Shown here: one piece after another, positions 8,081-16,571 of the stretch | Numbering within the stretch: the stretch's first letter is position 1 | How the letters are laid out: every line of letters starts with the position of its first letter | Source of the DNA: a virus | Taxonomy: Duplodnaviria; Caudoviricetes | Strand: one strand, 5' to 3' | DNA length: 33,136 bases | IMG/VR virus record: IMGVR_UViG_3300044647_001298 | Location: 1-33,136 of that record | Program-made: the position numbers and the translations under genes | The notes under the pieces: generated by a model | What the model was told of the DNA's origin: nothing | Database searches by the model: none | The model's input: only the letters and a program-made list of their open reading frames with translations

Positions 8081-9415
8081 ATGCCTGCAATTTCCACCTT
8101 CAACGACTTTATGACCACAACCGGGCCGTCATACCTGACGAGCGCCGATCAAGTCATCAACGAGGCTGTCAAGAACACCTACGCCTTCAGCCGTCTGCTC
8201 AAGGGCAAGAGCAAGGAGCAGACGATTCAAGGCGGCACGGAAATCCGCGATGTCATCATGTTCGATGACTCGCGCACCTACGACCACTACCAGCCGAACG
8301 ACACCTTCGTTTGGCGCAACCCGCAGGTGACCGACTATGTGCGCGCGCCGTGGCGCTTCCACATCGACCACATGTCGTGGACGGACACCGAGGTCGAACT
8401 CAACACCGGCGAGACCTCTTCTAGCACCAAGGTCGCCTACAAGCGGCTGAAGCGCATCAAGGAGCAGCGCATGTGGACGAGCATGCTCAACGGGTTCGAA
8501 GAAGACCTGTGGGCTGCTCCGTCCATCGCGCAGATGGAGAGCGACAACGGCAAGTTGCCGTACTCGCTTCCGTTCTTCCTCACCGAAGTCGGCCAATTCC
8601 TCGGCGGCGCTCTTGGCCTTCGTGGTCAGGCTCCGTACACCGCATCGAGCAACGCCTCGCACACCGTCATGCGCATCTCTCCGTTCACGGAGAACCGCTG
8701 GACGAATTTGCTGGAACTGTACGACGCTTCGGATGACCGGTTGACTCCACTCGGCACGAACTGGGGAAACGACCGTGTCGTGACGTTAGACGATTTGACG
8801 GTCTACAACCAAAGCGCAGCAGACCGCGTTGGTGTCAGCATCTCAAACCTGTTCAACGCGATGGACTTGATGTTCATGCGTCTCAAGTATGAGGCTCCAA
8901 GCACCCGCCAGCAGTACTTTGAGAACGACAACCTCAACCGGCAGATGATCCTCACCAGCCGGCAGGGCGTTCAGATTTACCGCAACGCGCTGCGCCTGAG
9001 CAACGACACGCTCGTGTCCTATCAGGACGCTTCGTACAGCAGCCCGGCATATGCCGGCATCGATGTGACTTACTGCTCCGACCTTGACACGGCAGAAATT
9101 TTCCCCGCCCATAGCGGCGCGGTGACTCAGAACATCGGTGGATACAACGGCGTGACCGCGACAGCCGGAGCGTTCAACCGGTTCGGTTCGGAATCCGGAG
9201 CCAACACGATCGTGAAGGCTCCGCGCTTCTTCTTCGTGAACGGCAACTACCTCACGCCGATTTTCCACAGCCGGCGCTACTTCAAGCAGCACGAGGTCAT
9301 GCGTCACCCCAACCAGCCGTTCACCTATGTGCAGCCGGTTGACTGCTGGAGCAACCTCTTCTGCAACAGCCGTCAGCGCCACGGCATCGTCGCGCCCATC
9401 TTCGCGAAGACCTGA
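8081..9415 (+). CDS. Major capsid protein (HK97 fold expected)
   Basis: 444 aa; GAGGG SD; TIQGGTEIR near the N-terminus and C-terminal NLFCNSRQRHGI pattern; position after scaffold. Confidence 0.9.
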   Translation: MPAISTFNDFMTTTGPSYLTSADQVINEAVKNTYAFSRLLKGKSKEQTIQGGTEIRDVIMFDDSRTYDHYQPNDTFVWRNPQVTDYVRAPWRFHIDHMSWTDTEVELNTGETSSSTKVAYKRLKRIKEQRMWTSMLNGFEEDLWAAPSIAQMESDNGKLPYSLPFFLTEVGQFLGGALGLRGQAPYTASSNASHTVMRISPFTENRWTNLLELYDASDDRLTPLGTNWGNDRVVTLDDLTVYNQSAADRVGVSISNLFNAMDLMFMRLKYEAPSTRQQYFENDNLNRQMILTSRQGVQIYRNALRLSNDTLVSYQDASYSSPAYAGIDVTYCSDLDTAEIFPAHSGAVTQNIGGYNGVTATAGAFNRFGSESGANTIVKAPRFFFVNGNYLTPIFHSRRYFKQHEVMRHPNQPFTYVQPVDCWSNLFCNSRQRHGIVAPIFAKT

Positions 9416-9451
9416 TCCACAAACAACTGATCCCCAAGGAGGGACACACAC

Positions 9452-10003
9452 ATGATTCCCGGACTCATCACTCCCGCAGGAAACCTCGGCGGCCTCACGC
9501 CGCATCAGGTTTGCGTGGCCCCGATCGCAGCGGTGAACCTTGCCGTTGGCGATCTCGTCATGTTCGACCTTTCGGGGTCGAACACCACCTACACCGACCT
9601 CACGAAGATCAACGACCTCGATGACAAGAAGAACCCCTTCAATGTCGTGGTTCTGTCGGTCGCCGGCGCGGCTGGAAGTGCTTCGACCACGCAGACCGGA
9701 AAGGGTGGCATCTTCGGCGTGGTTCTTGAAGCCGCCACCGCAGGCAATCGCGTCAAGATTTGCGTTGCCGGCCTTTGCCAAGCAAAGGTCACGACTCTCT
9801 CGACATCTCCGATCACCGCCGGAGTCACCGTTCTTACGAACGGTGCTGGCGTTCTCGTTTCGACGCTCGGTGTGGCCGCTGTGGCGGCGCAGGGCGCACC
9901 GATGGCGATCGGCTTCACCACGGTCACCACGGGTGCGCCCGTGACTGCATCGCTGATGACCGTGCTGATCAACGGCTACCAGTTCGCAACTGGCGGCGCG
10001 TGA
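9452..10003 (+). CDS. Capsid decoration/cement protein
   Basis: 183 aa, Ala/Gly/Thr-rich; strong AAGGAGG SD; follows the capsid gene and precedes a hairpin. Confidence 0.65.
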   Translation: MIPGLITPAGNLGGLTPHQVCVAPIAAVNLAVGDLVMFDLSGSNTTYTDLTKINDLDDKKNPFNVVVLSVAGAAGSASTTQTGKGGIFGVVLEAATAGNRVKICVAGLCQAKVTTLSTSPITAGVTVLTNGAGVLVSTLGVAAVAAQGAPMAIGFTTVTTGAPVTASLMTVLINGYQFATGGA

Positions 10004-10018
10004 CCTGACACCAACTAC

Positions 10019-10048
10019 CGGCTGGCCGTGGGAAACCACGGCCAGCCG
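10019..10048 (+). terminator. 13-bp perfect hairpin with GAAA tetraloop after the capsid genes (terminator, attenuator or stability element)
   Basis: CGGCTGGCCGTGG-GAAA-CCACGGCCAGCCG; followed only by CTTCC then the next ATG, so no real U-tract. Confidence 0.65.
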
Positions 10049-10053
10049 CTTCC

Positions 10054-10830
10054 ATGCTTACCTACGGCGGCCTCAAGCAGCACATTCTCCTCGCGCTCGG
10101 CGGCCAACCGTCGATCGTCAGCGGTGTCACGCACAACCAGCGGATCGCCGAGATAGTCAATCAGGCCGGCAACTACCTGTTCACGAAGGCGTGGCGGTTC
10201 CGCGAGCGCACCGGCCGTCCGCTGTCGCTCGTCGCAAATCAGAACTGGGCGGCGCTCCCGGGCGATGCCGAGGACATCATCTCGCTCGTCAGCAAGGCCG
10301 GACTCGGTTGGCGCGTCGAACTCACGACACCCGAGCAGATCGAACTCTTCCGCAACAGCATGGCTCCGGCGTTGCTCGACAGCGTGTACTACGCCGCGCT
10401 GACGCGGCCGTGGGCGCAGGACGGCGTGACACCGGCAACGCCGATCGTCCCCGGCACGGCGTTCCCCGCGCCGCGACTCGACCTGTATCCGACCCCGCAG
10501 GCCACCACGACCGATGCCATCATCATCCGCTACCGGGCGGGGTGGACGGCCGTCTCGGGTGAGACGGACGCGGTTACCCCCGACACCTACATCATCCCCG
10601 TGCCTCCGTTCGTCGAGTCTCTCTTGATCGCATACTGCCGCGCGTTCGCCGTTGCCTACGAAGACGAGGGTCTCGCCGCGCGCCTGATCGAGATCGACAA
10701 CGGGCCGGTTTGGAACGCGGCCGCCACCAAGGACGGCATTGCGCAGCGAGACTACGGGAGGCTTCCGCCGGTGCGCGCTGGAGCCTTCGTCGCCGACCCC
10801 GTCCGCTACCGAAGAGGCTTTGTGCAATGA
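10054..10830 (+). CDS. Head-tail adaptor / tail tubular protein A-like
   Basis: 258 aa; MLTYGGLK...IVNQA...WRF...LP.D and LDLYPTP...IIIRY...IPVP pattern of podovirus adaptor proteins. Confidence 0.7.
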   Translation: MLTYGGLKQHILLALGGQPSIVSGVTHNQRIAEIVNQAGNYLFTKAWRFRERTGRPLSLVANQNWAALPGDAEDIISLVSKAGLGWRVELTTPEQIELFRNSMAPALLDSVYYAALTRPWAQDGVTPATPIVPGTAFPAPRLDLYPTPQATTTDAIIIRYRAGWTAVSGETDAVTPDTYIIPVPPFVESLLIAYCRAFAVAYEDEGLAARLIEIDNGPVWNAAATKDGIAQRDYGRLPPVRAGAFVADPVRYRRGFVQ

Positions 10831-11087
10831 CCGACGAGAGCAACAGGAGTTCCCGAACCGCACCGCCGCACATGATGCTCGCAGCCATCGTGTCGCTGAT
10901 CACGATCGTGAGCGCCATACTTGGCGTGGGCTGGAAATTAGGATCGATCGCCACGGGCATCGAGACGCAGATCGTCGAGGTCAAGGGAGAGATGCGGACA
11001 TTGAACGCCGTCAGCGGAGAGCGGATCAACGGGATCGAGCGCAGGCTGACGGATATCGAGACAAACCTAAGAGGAATCAACAGATGA
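10827..11087 (+). CDS. Single-TM membrane protein with coiled-coil C-terminus (lysis cassette, holin/antiholin-like)
   Basis: 86 aa from ATG 10827 (ATGA overlap); TM LAAIVSLITIVSAILGVGW followed by heptad-like tail. Confidence 0.6.
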   Translation: MTDESNRSSRTAPPHMMLAAIVSLITIVSAILGVGWKLGSIATGIETQIVEVKGEMRTLNAVSGERINGIERRLTDIETNLRGINR

Positions 11088-11296
11088 AACAGATGAAGAA
11101 GTCTTGGAAGACCACAACCGCCGGCGTTGCCGCCATCGTTATCGCAATCGCATCGGTCGTGCAGGCTCAGTTTGACGGCGACCCTTCAACAGTTCCGAAC
11201 TTTGAGATTGCATTGGCTGCGATCATGTCGGGAATTGTTGGTTTGTTTGCCCGTGACAACAACGTCAGCAGCGAAGATGCCGGAGTAAAGGGCTGA
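11084..11296 (+). CDS. Putative two-TM holin with dual-start motif MKQMKK
   Basis: 70 aa; KSWKTT followed by two hydrophobic helices and a charged tail (GLFARD); GAGGA SD at 11071-11075. Confidence 0.7.
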   Translation: MKQMKKSWKTTTAGVAAIVIAIASVVQAQFDGDPSTVPNFEIALAAIMSGIVGLFARDNNVSSEDAGVKG

Positions 11297-11300
11297 TGCC

Positions 11301-11522
11301 GTGTCCGACTTCATCGCGGGAATCCTTGGCGCACTACTCAAGTGGATGCAATGCTTGTTGGAGCGTCCACACATCAGCACGGATGCGACTTCTGATCGCG
11401 ATGCTCTTGGCCGCGCTGGCAGGAGCATCCGCGATTGGATGCGCCGCGCGGACGATCCTCGTTCCGGAGTCAAGTCCGATCAGGATCGGCCCGGAAACGA
11501 AGGGGAGAATCTACGCCCGTGA
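11301..11522 (+). CDS. Putative inner-membrane spanin (Rz-like)
   Basis: GTG start; short N-terminal hydrophobic segment FIAGILGALL then a polar tail; overlaps a lipoprotein gene in another frame. Confidence 0.5.
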   Translation: MSDFIAGILGALLKWMQCLLERPHISTDATSDRDALGRAGRSIRDWMRRADDPRSGVKSDQDRPGNEGENLRP

Positions 11523-11607
11523 GGGCGGAGAGTGGGTGTTGGGAACAAACCGCGTCTCCATTCCTGAGGGGTGGTACGCGGTTCCGCCGAGTTTCGTAGA
11601 GGAGTGA
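11383..11607 (+). CDS. Putative outer-membrane lipoprotein spanin (Rz1-like)
   Basis: 74 aa from ATG 11383: signal MRLLIAMLLAALAGASAIG-C with lipobox-like AIGC; starts inside the 11301 ORF. Confidence 0.6.
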   Translation: MRLLIAMLLAALAGASAIGCAARTILVPESSPIRIGPETKGRIYAREGGEWVLGTNRVSIPEGWYAVPPSFVEE

Positions 11608-11610
11608 CTG

Positions 11611-12591
11611 ATGACCGCGAAGATTCAAGTCCGCCGCGACACGTCCACCAACTGGGCGGCCGGAACGCCGCCAACTCTTGCCGCAGGCGAGTTCGGACTC
11701 GACACCACGCTGAAGCAGATCAAGATCGGCGATGGGTCGAGCAACTGGCCGGCGCTCCCGTGGCTTGGCGGAACGCTGCCGTACTTTGCATCTCCGAATG
11801 TCGATATCGACGATCCGTCGATGCGTGTGATGGGTTTGTACCGGTACGCCGGCATCGCGTCGATTACGGGCGGCGTGCTTCCTGCTGCTCCGATCGACAT
11901 CAAGGCCGCTGACGGTGGCATCAACCTGATGGTGCTTCCATTCGGATCGGTCGTTGTCCAACATCTGTGGACTGACGGTGACGGCACGCAGCCGCAAAAG
12001 TCGTACGCGCGAATCTACGACTCGACGCAGACACCGCCTTGGAGACCGTGGACACCGCAGAACCTGTGGGGAGTTGACAACGCCGAAGGTGTCGATGCAA
12101 AGGTGCGCGACATCGAGGTGCAGAGGAACGCCACGGTCGATGGCAACGCTACGGTGACGGGCGACGCTACGGTGACGGGCGACGCTACGGTAGTTGACCT
12201 ACTGTCGGTGACAAACGGCCCATTGCTTGCGGCGGCGTTGCACTCACACGTCATGCGAATGGATGATCTTGCTCGCATGAGCGCAATCAGTATTGCAATC
12301 GTTCAGTTTGTTGGCCCGGGGACGCAGAACATCACGTCTCTCGACGGCAACATCACATGGGAGGTTACAAACTTCGATACAGCGTCGAATCAGGTTGCTA
12401 CCGCCAAGGTTGGAGGGAACCCATTTGGAAATTGGTATGGGTTTGCATTGCAGATTGACAGAACAGGCGGAAACAACCTCTGGAAAAACACAACGGCCAT
12501 TTCATATTCGTCCGCGTCTTCAGCATGGACTCTTGGGTCGGGAACAGACATCGACGGTGTCATCATCTTTGCGTTGCGTAAGTTCCCATGA
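11611..12591 (+). CDS. Tail fibre / receptor-binding protein with Mtd/hyaluronidase-type N-terminal anchor
   Basis: 326 aa; IQVRRDTSTNW...LAAGEFGLDT..KQIKIGDG..W..LP motif; AGGAG SD; internal VTGDAT repeats. Confidence 0.8.
   Translation: MTAKIQVRRDTSTNWAAGTPPTLAAGEFGLDTTLKQIKIGDGSSNWPALPWLGGTLPYFASPNVDIDDPSMRVMGLYRYAGIASITGGVLPAAPIDIKAADGGINLMVLPFGSVVVQHLWTDGDGTQPQKSYARIYDSTQTPPWRPWTPQNLWGVDNAEGVDAKVRDIEVQRNATVDGNATVTGDATVTGDATVVDLLSVTNGPLLAAALHSHVMRMDDLARMSAISIAIVQFVGPGTQNITSLDGNITWEVTNFDTASNQVATAKVGGNPFGNWYGFALQIDRTGGNNLWKNTTAISYSSASSAWTLGSGTDIDGVIIFALRKFP
12146..12191 (+). repeat. 18-bp tandem repeat (ACGCTACGGTGACGGGCG x2.5) in the tail fibre gene
   Basis: Encodes ATVTGD-ATVTGD-ATV, preceded by a degenerate unit (ATVDGN). 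Confidence 0.9.
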
Positions 12592-14891
12592 CCCACATGC
12601 CCGTCCAACTTCCGTTCAAGGGCTTCACGGAGCAATCGCAGTTCTCTGCGATCCCTCCGGGCATGACACCGTCCTGCGTCAACATGATGCCTTCGGACAT
12701 TTGGAACGGGCGCACGCGCATCAGCACGCGCAACGGCACGCAGTTGTACAACCTCGGCAGCGTGCAGTTCATGGGGACTTTTCGCGCGTTCATCGCTGGC
12801 GCGCTCGTCGAGAAGATCATCTTCGTCCGCGCCGGAAAGGTCTACTACGCAGACCCACGGAGCAATCTGACGGCGACCGCCACGGAATTTCCCGGTCAAA
12901 CAACTGCGCCGTTGAACGCGACAGGACTTGTCGAGGGCGTGCAGTTCAACGAGTACTTCTACTTCGTCGATGGCACGCATTATGTCAAGGTTCTTCTGAC
13001 CGACACCACGACAGGCGTTTCGGTTTGGGGTGCGACAACCGGAAACCACAAAGGGCCGTATCACACCGATCCTTTGTCATCTCCGGCGGGAAACCGCGCA
13101 ACGCTCATCTGCCGGTGGGGCGCTCGTGTGGTTCTCGCTGGGTATAAGAAGACCCCGACTGTGTGGTTTGCGTGCGCTCCCGACAAGGTTGTCGCCGCCG
13201 CCGGAAACGGGTCTGATGATGGCTGGACAGGTACTGACTTCATCGGTGCTGTCTCGGGAATCGGTGGCGCAATCACCGATGTCTATGGAACGCTGGGCGA
13301 CCCCATCGTCGCGATCTTCCCATTCGCGCAGACCGGCCTGATGTTCGCATGCACGAACTCGTTCTCGTTTCTGACCAGCGATCCCGAGTTCGATCCCAAC
13401 GCGCAGATTGTCAGCCTGACCAAGTCGATTGGAATCACGGGGCAGCGAGCGTTCTGCCAATCGCAGGAGAAGGGGTCGTTCATCCTTGCGAGCGATGGGC
13501 TGTACTTCATCAACGCCAACGACTTCAACTTCAACCGTGCCAATCGCGTGAGCGCAGGACGGCTGGACTCGTTCTTCCTCCGGCTCGACTTCGGAACTCC
13601 CGCGATCGGCGGGACAAGTCCGCTCGCAGGCGGAACGCTCCGCGCGATTACCACGGAAGGCGGAAGCGGGGCCGGCGCTGACACAAAGACTCAGACAACC
13701 GAAGGCGGACTGACCTCTGAATCAACAGCAAAACCAATTGATGTTGGCGAAGCGGTCTCGTCTCTGTTAGGTGGTATCGATGCCGGAAATGTGTTTCCGT
13801 GCTTGTGCTACGACCCCGACCGGGAAGGCGTGTGGATTCTGCTGGCCGTGAACGGCGTGGAGAACGCTAGCCTGCACCTGTTCTACGACCTCAAGACCGA
13901 TTCGTTTTGGCCGCAGCGGTTCGCAGACCCGAACATCTACGCCCCGACCTCCGCATGCTTTGTCGGCACATCGCGAACCGATTCCGGACGGCTGTTCCTC
14001 GGTGGGGCAAAGTCCATCAGCATCATCGACCGCTCGTATCCGATCGGTGTCGATGGGTGGAATGAGGAGATGACCGACGAGGATCAGCGTCGGCAGTTCG
14101 TAAGGAGCAGCCTGACCTTCGGCCCGATCATCGGTCAGTTGCCGTACCGCGCGATGCTCAGCGAGGTGCGCATCGACCTTGCCGATGACAAGTACGAGGT
14201 TCCGTCGAACTTCACCGACCGGAGCGAAGCCCCGATCGTGTCGGTCTCCACCGGTGACACGGCGCAGAGCGCGCTTGGCGTTCAGACCGACTCCCTGTTC
14301 GTGATCAACCTCAATCCGCTTGTGATCGACGGGGGGAACGCCGCAGCCACGGGTTCTGCGCCGCTGTATGACGGGGGAGACCCCGGGGCTACCCCTCCAA
14401 GTCCCGACTTCGTCGATGGGCGATTCGCGGCTAGGCCGTTCGGACAGTACACGCAGGCCGATCCATTCGTGGCCGGCATCAACCGCGTGTACAACGGCCC
14501 GGGCGATTGGATCATCCGGTGGGATGTCGCCGCCTCGGTGGCTCCGTGCTGGGTGATCGAGCGCGTGATCTCGACAGGGCCGAACGTATACCAAATCGAG
14601 TACGAGCAGATCACGCCCGATGAGGGGTCTCCTGACGGCGCGATGATCACCGTTACCCAAGACCCGGTCGCCCCGGACATCCGCGACAACGCTTTGGTGT
14701 CGGGAGCGTCATTCCCCGAGGCGAGCGTCACCGAGATTGGATCGCTCGTTCCGGGACGAAACACCGCGAAGAAGTGCCGCATTCGCTCGGAGGCGATCTA
14801 CATTACCGTTGCCTCGGACGGAAAGCCGTGGTCGGTCGAGCGGATGTCCGTGGTGGTGTCGCAGGTCGGAAAGAGCAGAGGAGGCGTGTAA
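12588..14891 (+). CDS. Tail tubular B / DNA-stabilisation (nozzle) protein, beta-propeller expected
   Basis: 767 aa; LPFKG...VNMMP...TRNGT start, DPIVAIFPF, GSFILASDGLYF, CYDPDRE and YDLKTDSFW motifs of P22 gp10/T7 gp12-like proteins. Confidence 0.75.
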   Translation: MTHMPVQLPFKGFTEQSQFSAIPPGMTPSCVNMMPSDIWNGRTRISTRNGTQLYNLGSVQFMGTFRAFIAGALVEKIIFVRAGKVYYADPRSNLTATATEFPGQTTAPLNATGLVEGVQFNEYFYFVDGTHYVKVLLTDTTTGVSVWGATTGNHKGPYHTDPLSSPAGNRATLICRWGARVVLAGYKKTPTVWFACAPDKVVAAAGNGSDDGWTGTDFIGAVSGIGGAITDVYGTLGDPIVAIFPFAQTGLMFACTNSFSFLTSDPEFDPNAQIVSLTKSIGITGQRAFCQSQEKGSFILASDGLYFINANDFNFNRANRVSAGRLDSFFLRLDFGTPAIGGTSPLAGGTLRAITTEGGSGAGADTKTQTTEGGLTSESTAKPIDVGEAVSSLLGGIDAGNVFPCLCYDPDREGVWILLAVNGVENASLHLFYDLKTDSFWPQRFADPNIYAPTSACFVGTSRTDSGRLFLGGAKSISIIDRSYPIGVDGWNEEMTDEDQRRQFVRSSLTFGPIIGQLPYRAMLSEVRIDLADDKYEVPSNFTDRSEAPIVSVSTGDTAQSALGVQTDSLFVINLNPLVIDGGNAAATGSAPLYDGGDPGATPPSPDFVDGRFAARPFGQYTQADPFVAGINRVYNGPGDWIIRWDVAASVAPCWVIERVISTGPNVYQIEYEQITPDEGSPDGAMITVTQDPVAPDIRDNALVSGASFPEASVTEIGSLVPGRNTAKKCRIRSEAIYITVASDGKPWSVERMSVVVSQVGKSRGGV

Positions 14892-15853
14892 TGGAACCAT
14901 TGTCAATGGCGCTTCTTGGTGGTGGCCTGCTGGCTGGAGGAGGAATCCTCGGCGGATTCGGCGCTCGATCGAGACGGCGGGCGCTCAATGCCTTGGCACA
15001 GCAGGCGAAGAAAGAATACAGGGAACTTTCCACCGAGTATCAGGGCATGTTTGAGCCGATCCTCGACCAATACACGCGAGAACGCACCGCGAACATGGAC
15101 TTGTACCGGTCGGAGATGCGGCGCGCGGAGCAGTCGTTTTCGCAGTACTTCGATCAGGCAAGGCAGCAGTACGGCGAAGGCATGGATCGCGCGCTTGGCG
15201 AGATGCGCATCGGACGCGAGTCGAGCATCGAGGCGACACGGCAGGAGACGCGGCGGCAGCAGGCGGCGGCGACCTCTCGCAACGCATTCACCGGCCTCGG
15301 TCAGACCTCTTTCGGATCGCAGCGCGTCGAGGGGATAGGCTCTCGCGGCGCGTTGCAGGAAGGCATGATCCGCGAGCAGTACGCCGGCCAGTTGTCTTCG
15401 CTGGAAGCCTCTCGCGCTCAAGGTCTATCGACGCTGTCGGCACAAATGGGTCAAGGCCTGTCTGGAATTCAGCAGTCGATGGCGACGAATCTGTCCAACA
15501 TCTACCAAACTTACAGCGGCAACATCGCGAACATGCAGCAGGGAGCCTTGACAAACAGGATGAACCTGATCCAGCAGGGCTACAACATCGGGTTCCAAAA
15601 CCAAGGTCAGGCCGCGAACCTCGCTGGGGCCATGACCAGCGCGTTCGGTTCCGCGATGGGTTCGTTCGGCGGAGCGATGTTCGGCGCTGGTCTTGCTGGC
15701 ATGATGTCACCTGCTGCTGGCGCGCTTGGTTCTGCCGGGATGGGCGCGGCGACCGCCGGAGGCACATACTCGGGAGTCGGCCCACCGCCATCAAACTACG
15801 GAAATCCGGGAAGCCCTCAGTACAACATGAGCGGCGGCGGCACTTGGGCATAA
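14891..15853 (+). CDS. Internal virion / DNA ejection (pilot-like) protein
   Basis: 320 aa from ATG 14891 (TAATG overlap); Gly-rich hydrophobic N-terminus, Q-rich coiled coil, Gly/Ala-rich hydrophobic C-terminus. Confidence 0.7.
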   Translation: MEPLSMALLGGGLLAGGGILGGFGARSRRRALNALAQQAKKEYRELSTEYQGMFEPILDQYTRERTANMDLYRSEMRRAEQSFSQYFDQARQQYGEGMDRALGEMRIGRESSIEATRQETRRQQAAATSRNAFTGLGQTSFGSQRVEGIGSRGALQEGMIREQYAGQLSSLEASRAQGLSTLSAQMGQGLSGIQQSMATNLSNIYQTYSGNIANMQQGALTNRMNLIQQGYNIGFQNQGQAANLAGAMTSAFGSAMGSFGGAMFGAGLAGMMSPAAGALGSAGMGAATAGGTYSGVGPPPSNYGNPGSPQYNMSGGGTWA

Positions 15854-15866
15854 CGAAAGGCTGGGC

Positions 15867-16571
15867 ATGGCGAAGCAACGAGAACCATTCTTCACGCAAA
15901 ACCGGATGCGAGCGATCGGACTCGGAATCGGTCGCGGCTTTCAGTCGCACGATCCGAACAACCCGCTGGCGGCCGGCGGCGCTGCGCTTGAGGCGACGAT
16001 CGGCGCTGAGATGGCGTTCGAAGGCCAAGATCGCGACCGTAAGGAGCGTCTCGACGATCTTGAGTCGATCCGCAAGGAGAAACTCGATGCCGAGCGCCGT
16101 GCGGAGGAGGCCGCGATCCGCGAGGACAAGCGCGCGCTTGAGAACCGCAAGAAGATGGGCGACATCGACACCGAGTTGATGATCGAGCGGCAGCGCAGGC
16201 AGGAAGCCGAGGAGAAGGCGCGCCGGGAACGGATGGCGGTTGTCGGAATATCCCGTGGTCTTCGGACGCAACAACCCGAGTCGCGCGAGACGGCGGTCAA
16301 CCGCCAGTTCATGCAGGACTTTATGCGCATCGTCGGCGGCAGCGTCCCAAAGATTCCGGGATCAGCGCCTATCGACCCATACGAGTCAGCCCCGGAATAC
16401 GAGCGGCGCGGACTCCAGCGCGGCAAGGACTACTCGATGCCGCAGGACAAGCCCACCAAGCGGTCTCGCGGCGTGATGCGCACCGCCGATGGACGCATGG
16501 TGAAGGCCGTCGAGGACACCGATCAGGACACTCCGCTGTTCGGCGAGGGAGGACGCAACTATGCCTATTGA
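15867..16571 (+). CDS. Putative internal virion / ejection protein
   Basis: 234 aa; Gly-rich N-terminal segment then a highly charged coiled coil; position between nozzle and giant protein. Confidence 0.6.
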   Translation: MAKQREPFFTQNRMRAIGLGIGRGFQSHDPNNPLAAGGAALEATIGAEMAFEGQDRDRKERLDDLESIRKEKLDAERRAEEAAIREDKRALENRKKMGDIDTELMIERQRRQEAEEKARRERMAVVGISRGLRTQQPESRETAVNRQFMQDFMRIVGGSVPKIPGSAPIDPYESAPEYERRGLQRGKDYSMPQDKPTKRSRGVMRTADGRMVKAVEDTDQDTPLFGEGGRNYAY

